From contig JALXBI010000044.1 of assembly GCA_026991555.1 (NCBI GenBank), forward strand, positions 1,223 to 65,222: a stretch of 64,000 nucleotides of DNA. The letters run 5' to 3'. Positions 9,614 through 19,185 of this stretch are shown here, in pieces; within the stretch, counting starts at the first letter, position 1; each line of letters starts with the position of its first letter. Below the pieces are notes generated by a model. That model did no database searches and was not told where the DNA came from. It saw nothing but the letters and a program-made list of their open reading frames with translations. Made by a program: the position numbers and the translations under genes. This DNA comes from Candidatus Aminicenantes bacterium. Lineage in GTDB: Bacteria > Acidobacteriota > Aminicenantia > S016-38.

Positions 9614-10762
9614 ATGGCTTTTTTAACAGGGGAAGTGACCTATTCAAGAGGACTTGAGGGAGTAGTTGCGGCCATCACTTCCATAGCCGCTATAGATGGG
9701 GAAGAGGGAAAATTAATTTACCGAGGAATTCCCATTGAACTTTTAGCGGAAAAATCCAATTTTGAAGAAACCGCCTACCTTCTCTGGTTTGGAGACCTTC
9801 CCAAAAAAGACGAACTGGAAAACCTGAAGAGGGATCTGGTGGAACACAGGGAAATTCCCCAATTCCTGGTAGATTGTCTTAAGGGAGCTCCCAAGGATAC
9901 CCATCCCATGGAAATCCTAAGGACCTGCGTTTCCATGCTTGGTTGCTTTGACCCTGACAAGAACGACAACTCCCGGGGAGCCAACATCAGAAAGTCCATA
10001 AGGCTTACCGCCCAGATGCCCACTATAGTCGCCTATTACAGCAGGCTCAGAAGGGGATTGGAGCTTGTCCACCCGGATCCCAAACTTTCCCACGCCCAGA
10101 ACCTTTATTATATGCTTACCGGGGAGGTCCCCAACGAGGAAATTTCAAAGCTCATGGATGTAATCCTCATCCTCCACATGGAACACGGAATGAACGCCTC
10201 AACCTTCGCTGCCATGGTAGTGGCTTCCACCCTTTCCGACATGCATTCCTCCATCTGCGCTGCCATAGGAGCCCTTAGGGGCCCACTTCATGGGGGAGCC
10301 AACGAAAGGGTTCTGGAAATGCTCCAGGAGATAGGCACAGTGGAGAATGTGGAGCCCTATATTCTTAATGCCCTCAAGGAACACCGCAGAATCATGGGAT
10401 TCGGCCACAGGGTTTACAAAGCATACGACCCCAGAGCCAGAATTTTAAAGGAATACGCGGAAAGGTTGTCCAGAGAAAAGGGAGATACTAAATGGATAGA
10501 GATCGCAGAAAAGATAGAGGAAGTGATGATAAGGGAAAAGGGAAAGAAGGGAATCTTCCCCAATGTGGATTTCTATTCGGGAATAATTTACAACCTCCTC
10601 GGATTTCCCAAGGAAGTATTCACCCCAATATTTGCCATAGCCAGGGTGGTGGGCTGGACCGCCCATGTCCTTGAATATCTCCAGGCTAACAGAATATTCA
10701 GGCCCAGGGCCATTTACAATGGTCCCCTGGATGTGGAATACATACCCATTGATAAGAGGTGA
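9614..10762 (+). CDS. Citrate synthase (small, 382-aa type)
   Basis: Citrate synthase family motifs GFGHRVYK and LHGGANE plus the catalytic His/Asp region. A (2-methyl)citrate synthase cannot be excluded from sequence alone. Confidence 0.85.
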   Translation: MAFLTGEVTYSRGLEGVVAAITSIAAIDGEEGKLIYRGIPIELLAEKSNFEETAYLLWFGDLPKKDELENLKRDLVEHREIPQFLVDCLKGAPKDTHPMEILRTCVSMLGCFDPDKNDNSRGANIRKSIRLTAQMPTIVAYYSRLRRGLELVHPDPKLSHAQNLYYMLTGEVPNEEISKLMDVILILHMEHGMNASTFAAMVVASTLSDMHSSICAAIGALRGPLHGGANERVLEMLQEIGTVENVEPYILNALKEHRRIMGFGHRVYKAYDPRARILKEYAERLSREKGDTKWIEIAEKIEEVMIREKGKKGIFPNVDFYSGIIYNLLGFPKEVFTPIFAIARVVGWTAHVLEYLQANRIFRPRAIYNGPLDVEYIPIDKR

Positions 10763-10765
10763 ATC

Positions 10766-12019
10766 ATGGGAAAAACCTTAGCAGAAAAGATACTCTCGGA
10801 ACATGTGGGCCGGGATGTAAGACCCGGCGAGTTAGTAGTTGTGCCGGTGGATGTGGCTTTAGTTCAGGATGGAACCGGGCCCCTTACAGTCCAGGGCTTT
10901 GACAAAATGGGCTTCAAGGAAGTTAAGGTTCCCAAGGCAATTCTTTTCATTGACCATGCGGCCCCATCTCCCAGGAAGGAGCTATCCAACGCCCACAATA
11001 TCCTGAGGGAATTCGCCAAAAGAACCTCAGCTATAGTATCGGATGTGGGAGAAGGAATAAGCCACCAGATAATAGCGGAAAAATATATAAAGCCCGGGGA
11101 TGTGCTTACCGGAGCCGATTCCCACACCTGCACCGCTGGAGCCTTGGGAGCCTTCGCCACGGGAATGGGCTCCACAGACATCGCCTTAGCCTTTGGCTTG
11201 GGAAAGGTCTGGATGAAGGTTCCCGAAACCTACCGCTTTATCCTGAAGGGCAAGCTTCCGGAAGGGGTCTATTCCAAGGACATAATTCTCCACATAATAG
11301 GGACTATAGGAGCTGATGGTGCCACCTACAAAGCCATGGAATTCCAGGGCGAGGTAATAGAGGAGCTTTCCCAGGAGGCACGCCTTACCATATCCAACAT
11401 GGCAGTGGAGGCGGGAGCCAAGGTGGGGCTAATGCCCACAGACGAAAAGACCAAGGAATTTCTGGCATCCCATGGAAGGGAGAAGGACTACAGGGAAATT
11501 AAACCCGACCCCGACGCCGTCTACGAAAAGACCTTCGAAATAGATGTATCCAAACTGGAACCAGTGGTTTCCTTTCCCCACACAGTGGATAACACTAAGA
11601 GCATAAGCGAGGCCAAGGGAATTAAAATCAACCAGGTATTCATCGGCACCTGCACCAATGGAAGGATAGAAGACCTGAGGATAGCCGCCTCTATTCTAAA
11701 GGGAAGGGAAAAGCATCCCGATGTCAGGTTAATAGTAATTCCTGCCTCCAGAAATGTGTTCTTAAAGGCCCTGAGGGAAGGGCTCATTGACATTTTCGTC
11801 CAGGCCGGAGCCGCGGTCCTTGCTCCGGGATGCGGTCCCTGTGTGGGCGTTCACGAGGGGGTTCTCGGCGACGGGGAGAGGGTCCTTTCTACCCAGAACA
11901 GGAACTTCCGGGGAAGAATGGGTAATCCCAATGCGGAAATATTCCTTGCCTCCCCAGCCACCGCCGCTGCCTCGGCCATAACCGGGGAAATCACCGACCC
12001 AAGAGATTACCTGCAATAA
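10766..12019 (+). CDS. Aconitase-family hydro-lyase large subunit, LeuC/homoaconitase (archaeal small-type), 417 aa
   Basis: Aconitase-family Fe-S cluster cysteines ([18 protein letters not shown]) and a substrate-binding SR region, at the LeuC/HACN large-subunit length. Confidence 0.8.
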   Translation: MGKTLAEKILSEHVGRDVRPGELVVVPVDVALVQDGTGPLTVQGFDKMGFKEVKVPKAILFIDHAAPSPRKELSNAHNILREFAKRTSAIVSDVGEGISHQIIAEKYIKPGDVLTGADSHTCTAGALGAFATGMGSTDIALAFGLGKVWMKVPETYRFILKGKLPEGVYSKDIILHIIGTIGADGATYKAMEFQGEVIEELSQEARLTISNMAVEAGAKVGLMPTDEKTKEFLASHGREKDYREIKPDPDAVYEKTFEIDVSKLEPVVSFPHTVDNTKSISEAKGIKINQVFIGTCTNGRIEDLRIAASILKGREKHPDVRLIVIPASRNVFLKALREGLIDIFVQAGAAVLAPGCGPCVGVHEGVLGDGERVLSTQNRNFRGRMGNPNAEIFLASPATAAASAITGEITDPRDYLQ

Positions 12020-12029
12020 GGAGGAAGAA

Positions 12030-12530
12030 ATGATTATAAAGGGAAGAGTATGGAAGTTTGGTGATGATATATCCACCGACCACATCGCCCCTGGAAGGTA
12101 TTTCCATTTAAGGACCAACCTGCCCGAGCTGGCAAAACATGTCCTTGAGGATGCCAGGGAAGACTTCGCCTCAAAGGTTCAGCCCGGGGACATAATAGTG
12201 GCCGGGAGAAATTTCGGGTTGGGCTCTTCCAGGGAACACGCCCCGAGAATCATAAAGCTCGCCGGGGTTGGATGCGTAATTGCCAAAAGCTTCGCCAGGA
12301 TTTTCTACAGGAATTCTATAAATGTGGGTCTGCCCTTGGTGGAGATAAAACAAACCGACGAGATAGACGAGGGGGACATCCTTGAGGTGGACCTGAGGAA
12401 GGGAATAGTGAAAAACATAACCAAGGGAAAGGAATACAAATTCGTTCCCATGCCGGAATTCATGCTCAAAATAATAGAGGAAGGGGGGATAGAGGAATAC
12501 ATAAAGAAATACGGAGATTACCAGCTTTAA
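12030..12530 (+). CDS. Aconitase-family hydro-lyase small subunit (LeuD/HACN small subunit), 166 aa
   Basis: LeuD-like swivel domain ([27 protein letters not shown]), directly after the large subunit. Confidence 0.8.
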   Translation: MIIKGRVWKFGDDISTDHIAPGRYFHLRTNLPELAKHVLEDAREDFASKVQPGDIIVAGRNFGLGSSREHAPRIIKLAGVGCVIAKSFARIFYRNSINVGLPLVEIKQTDEIDEGDILEVDLRKGIVKNITKGKEYKFVPMPEFMLKIIEEGGIEEYIKKYGDYQL

Positions 12531-12540
12531 AGGAGGAGAG

Positions 12541-13749
12541 ATGGCAGAAAAAATAAGGGTGGAGAACGGGAAAATTATAGTTCCCGACGAGCCCATAATT
12601 CCTTTTATAGAAGGCGATGGCATAGGCCCGGACATAATGTCCGCCTCCATGGTGGTCTGGAACGCAGCGGTGGAGTTCGCCTACGGTGGAAGGAGGAAAG
12701 TTCACTGGAAGGAAATATACGCCGGGGAAAAGGCGTATAAATTAAAGGGGGAACACCTTCCCAAGGAAACCATAGAGGCCATAAGGGAGCACATAATCGC
12801 CATAAAGGGACCGCTTACCACCCCGGTGGGAGGCGGTTACAGGAGCCTGAATGTTACCCTGAGGCAGGTCCTTGACCTTTATGCCTGCGTCAGGCCGGTG
12901 AGATGGATCAGGGGCGTTCCCTCTCCGGTAAGAAGGCCGGAGCTTCTTGATGTGGTAATCTTCAGGGAAAACACCGAGGATGTTTATGCGGGAATAGAAT
13001 GGCCCAAGGGAAGCGCGGAGGCAAAGAAGGTCATTCAGTTTCTCAGGGAGGAATTAGGGGTCAAGATAAGGGAAGATTCGGGAATAGGGATAAAGCCCAT
13101 TTCAGAATTCGCCACCAAGAGGTTGGTGCGTAAGGCTATTCAGTATGCTTTAGAAAACGGCAGGAAAAGCGTTACCTTAGTTCACAAGGGAAACATAATG
13201 AAATACACCGAAGGGGCCTTTAAAGAATGGGGCTACGAGGTTGCCAAGGAAGAATTCTCAGACAGGGTTATTCCCGAGTCCGAAATTCAGGGAGAGGTTC
13301 CCGAAGGAAAAATAATCATCAAGGATAGGATAGCCGACAACATGTTCCAGCAGATTTTAACAAGACCCGCCGAATACGATGTTATAGCCCTTCCCAACCT
13401 CAACGGTGATTATCTCTCCGACGCCGCTGCTGCCCAGGTTGGAGGGCTGGGAATGGCCCCAGGAGCCAATATAGGGGATTACATAGGACTTTTTGAGGCA
13501 ACCCACGGAACCGCTCCAAAATACGCTGGACTGGACAAGGTAAATCCCGGTTCTCTCCTCCTTTCCGGTGCCATGATGTTCAGGTATATGGGCTGGTGGG
13601 AAGTGGCGGATCTTATAGAAAGGGGAATGGAAGCTACCATAATGGATAAAAAGGTGACCTACGACTTAGCAAGGCACATGGAGGGGGTTGAACCCATAAA
13701 AACCTCAGAATTTGCCAGGGAAATTGTAAAGAGAATGGAGAATCTATAG
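12541..13749 (+). CDS. icd: NADP-dependent isocitrate dehydrogenase (E. coli Icd type)
   Basis: A 402-aa protein with the [10 protein letters not shown] substrate-binding motif, the NLNGDYLSD metal site, and the phosphorylation-loop region characteristic of Icd. Confidence 0.85.
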   Translation: MAEKIRVENGKIIVPDEPIIPFIEGDGIGPDIMSASMVVWNAAVEFAYGGRRKVHWKEIYAGEKAYKLKGEHLPKETIEAIREHIIAIKGPLTTPVGGGYRSLNVTLRQVLDLYACVRPVRWIRGVPSPVRRPELLDVVIFRENTEDVYAGIEWPKGSAEAKKVIQFLREELGVKIREDSGIGIKPISEFATKRLVRKAIQYALENGRKSVTLVHKGNIMKYTEGAFKEWGYEVAKEEFSDRVIPESEIQGEVPEGKIIIKDRIADNMFQQILTRPAEYDVIALPNLNGDYLSDAAAAQVGGLGMAPGANIGDYIGLFEATHGTAPKYAGLDKVNPGSLLLSGAMMFRYMGWWEVADLIERGMEATIMDKKVTYDLARHMEGVEPIKTSEFAREIVKRMENL

Positions 13750-13757
13750 GAGGGAAA

Positions 13758-14492
13758 ATGAAGTGCCCTAATTGCGGCAAGGAGGTTTCGGAGGAATTCA
13801 GGTTTTGCCCCCATTGCGGTTACCCCCTTAAGGAAGAGGAGGCGGAATATTACGAGAGAATGGCCAGGAAACTCCGGGCCATGGGCAAATTAAAGGACGC
13901 CGCGGCCTACTGCGAAAAGGCAGCCAAACTTAAACCCAACGAATACTCCCACAAGAACTTGGGGGAAATTTACTACCTCATGGGCTCCCTTCACAAATCC
14001 ATGTATCACCTTCGCAGGGCCATTGACATGAGACCGGACTTTACCGATGCCCATTATGCCTTGGGAATCACCTATTACAGGGCCGGGATGATTGACGAGG
14101 CCATAAGGGAGCTGGAAAAGACCCTTGAGCTAAACCAGGAATTCCTAATGGCCCATTACTGGCTTGGTGTTGCTTATTATCACATGGGAGAGCTGGAAAA
14201 ATCCATAGACCAGTTCAGGAAACTTCTGGAGAAAAACCCCGAATCTGCCATAGCCAACTATCAGCTGGGAATATCCCTTTCCGCCTTGGGTAAATACGAG
14301 GAGGCCATAAAACATTTTGAGAAAATGGCAAAAATAGAGCCCAATCACGCCAGCCTTTTCTATCACTTAGGAAACGCCTATTATCAGGTCCATGACCTGG
14401 AAAAGGCCAAGAAAGCTCTAAAAAAGGCCATTGATCTCAATCCCAGGGATGAACGGGCGAAGAAGCTCTATGCCCTTTTGACAGAAGGATAA
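13758..14492 (+). CDS. TPR-repeat protein with an N-terminal zinc ribbon
   Basis: CPNCG...CPHCG at the N-terminus, followed by about five TPR repeats (AHYALGITYYRAG, AHYWLGVAYYHMG and others). Confidence 0.6.
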   Translation: MKCPNCGKEVSEEFRFCPHCGYPLKEEEAEYYERMARKLRAMGKLKDAAAYCEKAAKLKPNEYSHKNLGEIYYLMGSLHKSMYHLRRAIDMRPDFTDAHYALGITYYRAGMIDEAIRELEKTLELNQEFLMAHYWLGVAYYHMGELEKSIDQFRKLLEKNPESAIANYQLGISLSALGKYEEAIKHFEKMAKIEPNHASLFYHLGNAYYQVHDLEKAKKALKKAIDLNPRDERAKKLYALLTEG

Positions 14493-15979
14493 TGAGCGGC
14501 AATCTCGCCCAGGCAATTCTTTCTTCCCCTGTCCCTGATAAAGAAATCGCCATATTCTTCGAGGGAAGGGGCATAACCTACGGAGAGCTTAAAAAAAGGA
14601 TAAGGAAACTTGGGGCTTCCCTGAAAAGGGCCGGGGTGAAGGAAGGGGTCCATGTGGCCGTAGTTTTCCCCAATTTTCCGGACTTCATCTACGCCTACTT
14701 CGCCATCCTCGCTGCCGGGGGAGTGGTGGTTCCGGTAAACCCCATATTCAAGCCATACGAGATGAACTACATACTCACCCATTCCGATGCCAGGATGGTT
14801 CTTTGCTCCAATTTTTTTGAAGCCACGGTCAAGGAAGCTCTCCCCCAAGGAGTTCTTGTCGCAGACGACTTAGTCCTTTCCCAGTGGATGGATGGGGAAG
14901 AGGAAATTTCCCCGGCAGAAAAGCAAACCCATGACCTTGCGGTAATAATGTATACCTCCGGAACCACCGGAAGACCCAAGGGGGCAATGCTCTCCCACGG
15001 AAACCTGCTGGCTGACTCAGAGGCAGTAATAGAAGGACTTAAGCTGGAAAGGGAAGATGTCATGCTCACAGTTCTACCCCTCTTCCATTCCTTCGGAGCC
15101 ATGGTGGGAATGATTTCCCCCCTGAGGAAGGGGGCAAAGACGGCCCTGCTCACCAAATTTACCCCCGACGGTATAATAAAAGCCATAAAACAATACGGGG
15201 TGACCATTTTTCCTGCGGTTCCCTCCATGTTCGCTTTACTTAACCGGGTAAAGGATCTCTCCCGCCAGGACATACCTTCCCTGAAATATTGCATAAGCGG
15301 AGGGGCTCCCCTCCCCTTGGAGGTTATGGAGGAATTCGAAAGGAAATTCGGAGTTCCCATCTATGAGGGGGACGGTCCCACAGAATGCAGTCCGGTAACC
15401 AGTGTGAACCCCATAGGAGGGAAGAGGAAACCAGGCTCCATAGGGCTTCCCGTGAAAAACGTGAATATGGAGATTGCTGACGAAGAGGGAAATTTCCTTC
15501 CTCCGGGAGAGATAGGTGAAATCGTGGTAAAGGGCCCCAATGTTTTTCTGGGTTATTACAAGGACCCGGAGGCTACTGCGGAAGCCTTTTTCGGCCAATG
15601 GTTCAGGACAGGGGACTTGGGGAAAAAGGACGAGGAGGGTTATTTTTACATAATAGACAGAAAAAAGGACATGATCATAGTGGACGGACTCAACGTTTAT
15701 CCCAGGGAAATAGAGGAACTCCTTTATAAACTTCCGGAAATAGCGGAAGCCGCTGTGGTGGGAAAACCCCATCCTCTCCACGGGGAGATCCCTGTAGCCT
15801 TCATCGCTCTGAAGGAAGGGGCCAGCTGGAATGAGGATAGGGTCAAGGAATACCTCAGGAAACACTTAGCCGGATACAAAATACCTAAGAAATTCTATAT
15901 TCTGGAAAGCCTCCCCAAGACGCCTACCGGAAAAATCTCCAAGGTGGCCCTCAGGAGGAAGCTTGAAGATCATCTTTGA
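14492..15979 (+). CDS. Long-chain/medium-chain fatty-acid--CoA ligase (ANL adenylating superfamily)
   Basis: AMP-binding motif YTSGTTGRPKG, then GYGPTE-like motifs, and the C-terminal PKTPTGKISK lysine. Confidence 0.8.
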   Translation: MSGNLAQAILSSPVPDKEIAIFFEGRGITYGELKKRIRKLGASLKRAGVKEGVHVAVVFPNFPDFIYAYFAILAAGGVVVPVNPIFKPYEMNYILTHSDARMVLCSNFFEATVKEALPQGVLVADDLVLSQWMDGEEEISPAEKQTHDLAVIMYTSGTTGRPKGAMLSHGNLLADSEAVIEGLKLEREDVMLTVLPLFHSFGAMVGMISPLRKGAKTALLTKFTPDGIIKAIKQYGVTIFPAVPSMFALLNRVKDLSRQDIPSLKYCISGGAPLPLEVMEEFERKFGVPIYEGDGPTECSPVTSVNPIGGKRKPGSIGLPVKNVNMEIADEEGNFLPPGEIGEIVVKGPNVFLGYYKDPEATAEAFFGQWFRTGDLGKKDEEGYFYIIDRKKDMIIVDGLNVYPREIEELLYKLPEIAEAAVVGKPHPLHGEIPVAFIALKEGASWNEDRVKEYLRKHLAGYKIPKKFYILESLPKTPTGKISKVALRRKLEDHL

Positions 15980-16160
15980 TGGAAGAGAAGTGGAAATTCC
16001 TGAAAGAAAAATTCGGGTGAAGGAGCTTCTTAAAAAACTGGGAGCAGACGAGCTTTACTTTTTAGTAGTTGACCTTGAGAGGGGAAAACTTCTTACCAAC
16101 GACCGGGTGGTAAAGGAGGGGGACAGGATAGAGATTCGTTCCACCCTCTCCTGGGGATAA
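15963..16160 (+). CDS. ThiS/MoaD-like small beta-grasp protein (65 aa) with an atypical -SWG C-terminus
   Basis: The MKIIFDGREVEI...VVKEGDRIEIRSTLSWG pattern matches the ThiS/MoaD layout but ends WG, not GG. It has a TTG start and overlaps the acyl-CoA ligase 3' end. Confidence 0.35.
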   Translation: MKIIFDGREVEIPERKIRVKELLKKLGADELYFLVVDLERGKLLTNDRVVKEGDRIEIRSTLSWG

Positions 16161-17585
16161 TTACCTTAAAACCAAAGGGGTAGGAATCTTGTTTAAAAGA
16201 ACCTCCCCGTTTTTCTTTCCCCAACCTATGGGGTATCCCCTGTGGTAAACAGGGATGTATTCCAGGGCAGAGTCAGGGGAAGGGAGGTTCTCCCCTGAAG
16301 CGAATCTAAGCGCCGCCTCTTCGTCCAGCTCTAAGGCCGCGTTGCGAAAAAGGTGAGGAAAGGCCATGAGAAGGGCATGGGTGGGACGCATTTTTCCTCC
16401 GGAGTAAACTCTCACTGCCTTTACCCCCACCCTGTTAAAAACGGCCCTTGAGAAAAGGGGAGAGAAGTCCTGGGAATGATACCAGATGTGATCCCCGGAA
16501 AGGAAAAACCTGCCCTCCCGGAAAAACTCCCCCGCTCCATAGGGTTCAAAGAACTTCACCAAGGCATCCCTGGTTCCCCTATCGATCTCCCTTCCAAGAA
16601 CCCTTCCCTCGGGCACCCTTCCCCTCCTTACTGAAGCAGGCAGGGTTTCCCGCAGCTTCTTTAATTTGAAAATGGTGAAGGCTTCGGTGTCATTAAGGAA
16701 GGGCCATATCCTGGCTATCTTACTTACCTCAGGGTGAAATCTCTGCCCTTCAAATTCCCTTACCCCCTCCATGGTCTTAAGCCCTGGAAGTTTCACCTCC
16801 TCCACCTCCACTGCGCCAGGGAAAGCCTCTAAGGCATGGGTTAGGATAGCTTCGTTTTCCTCCGGGGTCATGGTGCATGTGGAGTAAACAAGCACCCCTC
16901 CCGGTCTGAGGGAATGGATGGCGGAAACTATGAGGGATTTTTGAACATTCTGGGCCCTTCTTATGTATGAAAGGTTCCAGTATTTTTTAAAAAAACTCTC
17001 GTCCTTTCGGGTGCTTCCCTCCGCTGAACACGGGGCATCCAGCAGAACCCTGTGGAAAAAATTGGGAAACCTCCAGCCGAAGGTATTTCCCCTTAAAATA
17101 CTAACCGCGGAATTTACCACCCCCATCCTCTCCAAGTTCCCCACCAGAACCTTTGCCCGATAAAGAAGGGGCTCGTTGACCACAAGGATTCCCTTTCCCT
17201 CCATGAGGGCCGCCAAATGGGTGGATTTCCCTCCGGGGGCAGCGGCCATGTCCAGAACTAACTCCCCAGGCTCAGGGGCCAGAAGCTCAGGCGGGGCCAT
17301 GGATGAAGCATCCTGGATGTAATAAAGGCCCATCATGTGAAAAACCAGTTTTCCCGGAGAGATTTCTCCCTCCACCCAGAACCCCGAAGGACACCAGGGA
17401 ACGGGTTTTAATTCATATCCCCGCTCACGAAGAAGGGCACTGAGTTTTGACGGGGAAATTTTTAGGGTATTGGTCCTGAGGGCTCTTCGCAGGGGAAGAA
17501 ATACGAATTTTACAAGTTCCTGAAGGAGCCCTTCTCCCAGAATCTCCCTGTATCGGGAAAGAAAATCCCGGGGAATCTCACCCAT
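16161..17585 (-). CDS. rsmF: 16S rRNA m5C methyltransferase, RsmF/RsmB (Fmu/Sun) family, with a C-terminal extension
   Basis: SAM-binding motif LDMAAAPGGKSTHL and the catalytic DAPCS and TCT motifs, about 475 aa. The start is moved to the Met at 17585 to avoid a 98-nt overlap with the upstream gene. Confidence 0.7.
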   Translation of the reverse strand: MGEIPRDFLSRYREILGEGLLQELVKFVFLPLRRALRTNTLKISPSKLSALLRERGYELKPVPWCPSGFWVEGEISPGKLVFHMMGLYYIQDASSMAPPELLAPEPGELVLDMAAAPGGKSTHLAALMEGKGILVVNEPLLYRAKVLVGNLERMGVVNSAVSILRGNTFGWRFPNFFHRVLLDAPCSAEGSTRKDESFFKKYWNLSYIRRAQNVQKSLIVSAIHSLRPGGVLVYSTCTMTPEENEAILTHALEAFPGAVEVEEVKLPGLKTMEGVREFEGQRFHPEVSKIARIWPFLNDTEAFTIFKLKKLRETLPASVRRGRVPEGRVLGREIDRGTRDALVKFFEPYGAGEFFREGRFFLSGDHIWYHSQDFSPLFSRAVFNRVGVKAVRVYSGGKMRPTHALLMAFPHLFRNAALELDEEAALRFASGENLPSPDSALEYIPVYHRGYPIGWGKKNGEVLLNKIPTPLVLR

Positions 17586-18885
17586 TTCTCTTGCCCAGAG
17601 GGGGCTTGCCCACAGGATAATACTCAAACCCCAAGGAGACCAGTTTTTTTCCTTCCAGGAAATTTCTCCCGTCAAAAATTATGGGGGTTTCCATAAATTC
17701 CTTTATCTTCTTCCAGTCAAGGTTTTTAAATTCCTCCCATTCGGTTATAAGTGCTAAAGCATTGGTCCCCTGGGCAAGGGAATACGGGTCAGGGGAAAGT
17801 TGGAGGGAGGGAATAACCTTCTTAGCGTTCCCTCCTGCTACCGGATCGTATGCCTTGACCTGAGCCCCTTCCTCCAGAAGAAGGTTTATTATCTTTAAGC
17901 TTGGGGCTTCCCGGACATCGTCGGTATTGGGTTTAAAGGAAAGGCCCAGTATCCCTATTGTCTTTCCTTTAAGGTTCCATATTACCCCTTTTATCTTCTT
18001 TAAAAACTTAACCGGCCTCTGCTGGTTTATCCTCTCCACTTCCTTAAGAAGGGAAAAATCCACCTGATTCTCTTCGGCAATTTTATAAAAGGCTTTTATA
18101 TCCTTCGGGAAACAGCTCCCTCCGAATCCCACACCCGCCTTGAGGAATTCCTTTCCTATCCTGGGGTCTAAGCCCATGCCCTCAGCCACCATTTCCACAT
18201 CAGCCCCCACCGCTTCGCAAAGGTCAGCCACCATGTTAATGAAGGAAATTTTGGCTGCAAGGAAGGAATTGGAGGCATGTTTTATTATCTCGGCGGTTTT
18301 AACATCGGTGAAAATTATGGGAGCTTTAAAATCCCTGTAAAGCTGCCCCATTATATCCTTAGCCCTCTGGGTCTCTGCCCCAATGACTATCCTGTGAGGA
18401 TGGAGGAAATCAGAAAGGGCGGTTCCCTCCTTCAAAAACTCGGGATTGCTCACCACATCAAAGGGAACATCCTTTTTTCTGTAAAGGTTTATGATCCTTT
18501 TTATCCAGTAAGCGGTGTGGACGGGAACCGTGCTTTTTTCCACTATAAGCTTGTAATCCTGCATCTCCTCTGCGATGAACCTGGCCACCTCCTCCACCTG
18601 GGAAAGGTCTGCGCTACCATCGGGGAGGGAAGGAGTTCCCACGCAGATAAATATTACATCCGCCTCCCTTACCACCAAGGCGGGATCCGTGGAAAATTCA
18701 AGCCTTTCTCCGTAACGCTCCAGGAACTCCTGGGCACCTGGTTCAAAATAGGGCACCTTTCCCTGCTTAAGAAGCTCTATTTTGGCTTCATCCTTGTCCA
18801 CAGCGAAGACAAGATGTCCCTTGCTGGCAAAGCCCAGAGCCGTGGTGAGCCCTACATAGCCAACTCCGAAAACTCCTATTTTCAT
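17578..18885 (-). CDS. ugd: UDP-glucose 6-dehydrogenase
   Basis: Starts MKIGVFGVGYVGL (NAD-binding Rossmann) and has the catalytic GFGGSCFPKD cysteine; 435 aa. The ORF-caller extension to 19020 is antisense to the riboswitch and is rejected. Confidence 0.85.
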   Translation of the reverse strand: MKIGVFGVGYVGLTTALGFASKGHLVFAVDKDEAKIELLKQGKVPYFEPGAQEFLERYGERLEFSTDPALVVREADVIFICVGTPSLPDGSADLSQVEEVARFIAEEMQDYKLIVEKSTVPVHTAYWIKRIINLYRKKDVPFDVVSNPEFLKEGTALSDFLHPHRIVIGAETQRAKDIMGQLYRDFKAPIIFTDVKTAEIIKHASNSFLAAKISFINMVADLCEAVGADVEMVAEGMGLDPRIGKEFLKAGVGFGGSCFPKDIKAFYKIAEENQVDFSLLKEVERINQQRPVKFLKKIKGVIWNLKGKTIGILGLSFKPNTDDVREAPSLKIINLLLEEGAQVKAYDPVAGGNAKKVIPSLQLSPDPYSLAQGTNALALITEWEEFKNLDWKKIKEFMETPIIFDGRNFLEGKKLVSLGFEYYPVGKPPLGKRNG

Positions 18886-18959
18886 GCTGAAATTATATAT
18901 GTTTTCCCCTCCTTTCCAAACTCCCATGAAATTGCTAAAATTATTTTCCTGGGTTGGGC

Positions 18960-19130
18960 AAAGGGAAGGTGGTGAAAAGCCACCGCTGCCCCCGCAGCTG
19001 TAACCGGGGACGAAACCCACAAAGGGCCACTGTCCTTACCCGAAAATTCGGGAGGATGGGAAGGCGTGGGGAGTAGGATGATCCGGGAGCCAGAAGACCT
19101 ACCAGCCCAGGCCTTCAGCTCCATCTTCGG
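18960..19130 (+). promoter_or_regulatory. Cobalamin (AdoCbl) riboswitch in the btuB leader
   Basis: All hallmark blocks are present in order: AAGGGAAGGUGGUGAAAAGCCACC, GCUGCCCCCGCAGCUGUAA, GGGCCACUG, GGGAAGGCG and the B12 box GAGCCAGAAGACCUACC. A GC hairpin (GGAGGGG...CCCCUCC) follows, then an AAAGGAGG RBS before the btuB ATG at 19186. Confidence 0.85.
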
Positions 19131-19185
19131 AGGGGGGATGGAGTGGTGATGGTTCCCCTCCTAAAAATAACAAAGGAGGTTTTCT

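Noticed and set aside
18886-19020. 45-codon N-terminal extension of the UDP-glucose dehydrogenase ORF (MGFVPGYSCGGSGGFSPPSLCPTQE...)
   Set aside because: It is the reverse complement of the cobalamin riboswitch. The Rossmann-fold start MKIGVFGVG at 18885 is the canonical ugd N-terminus.
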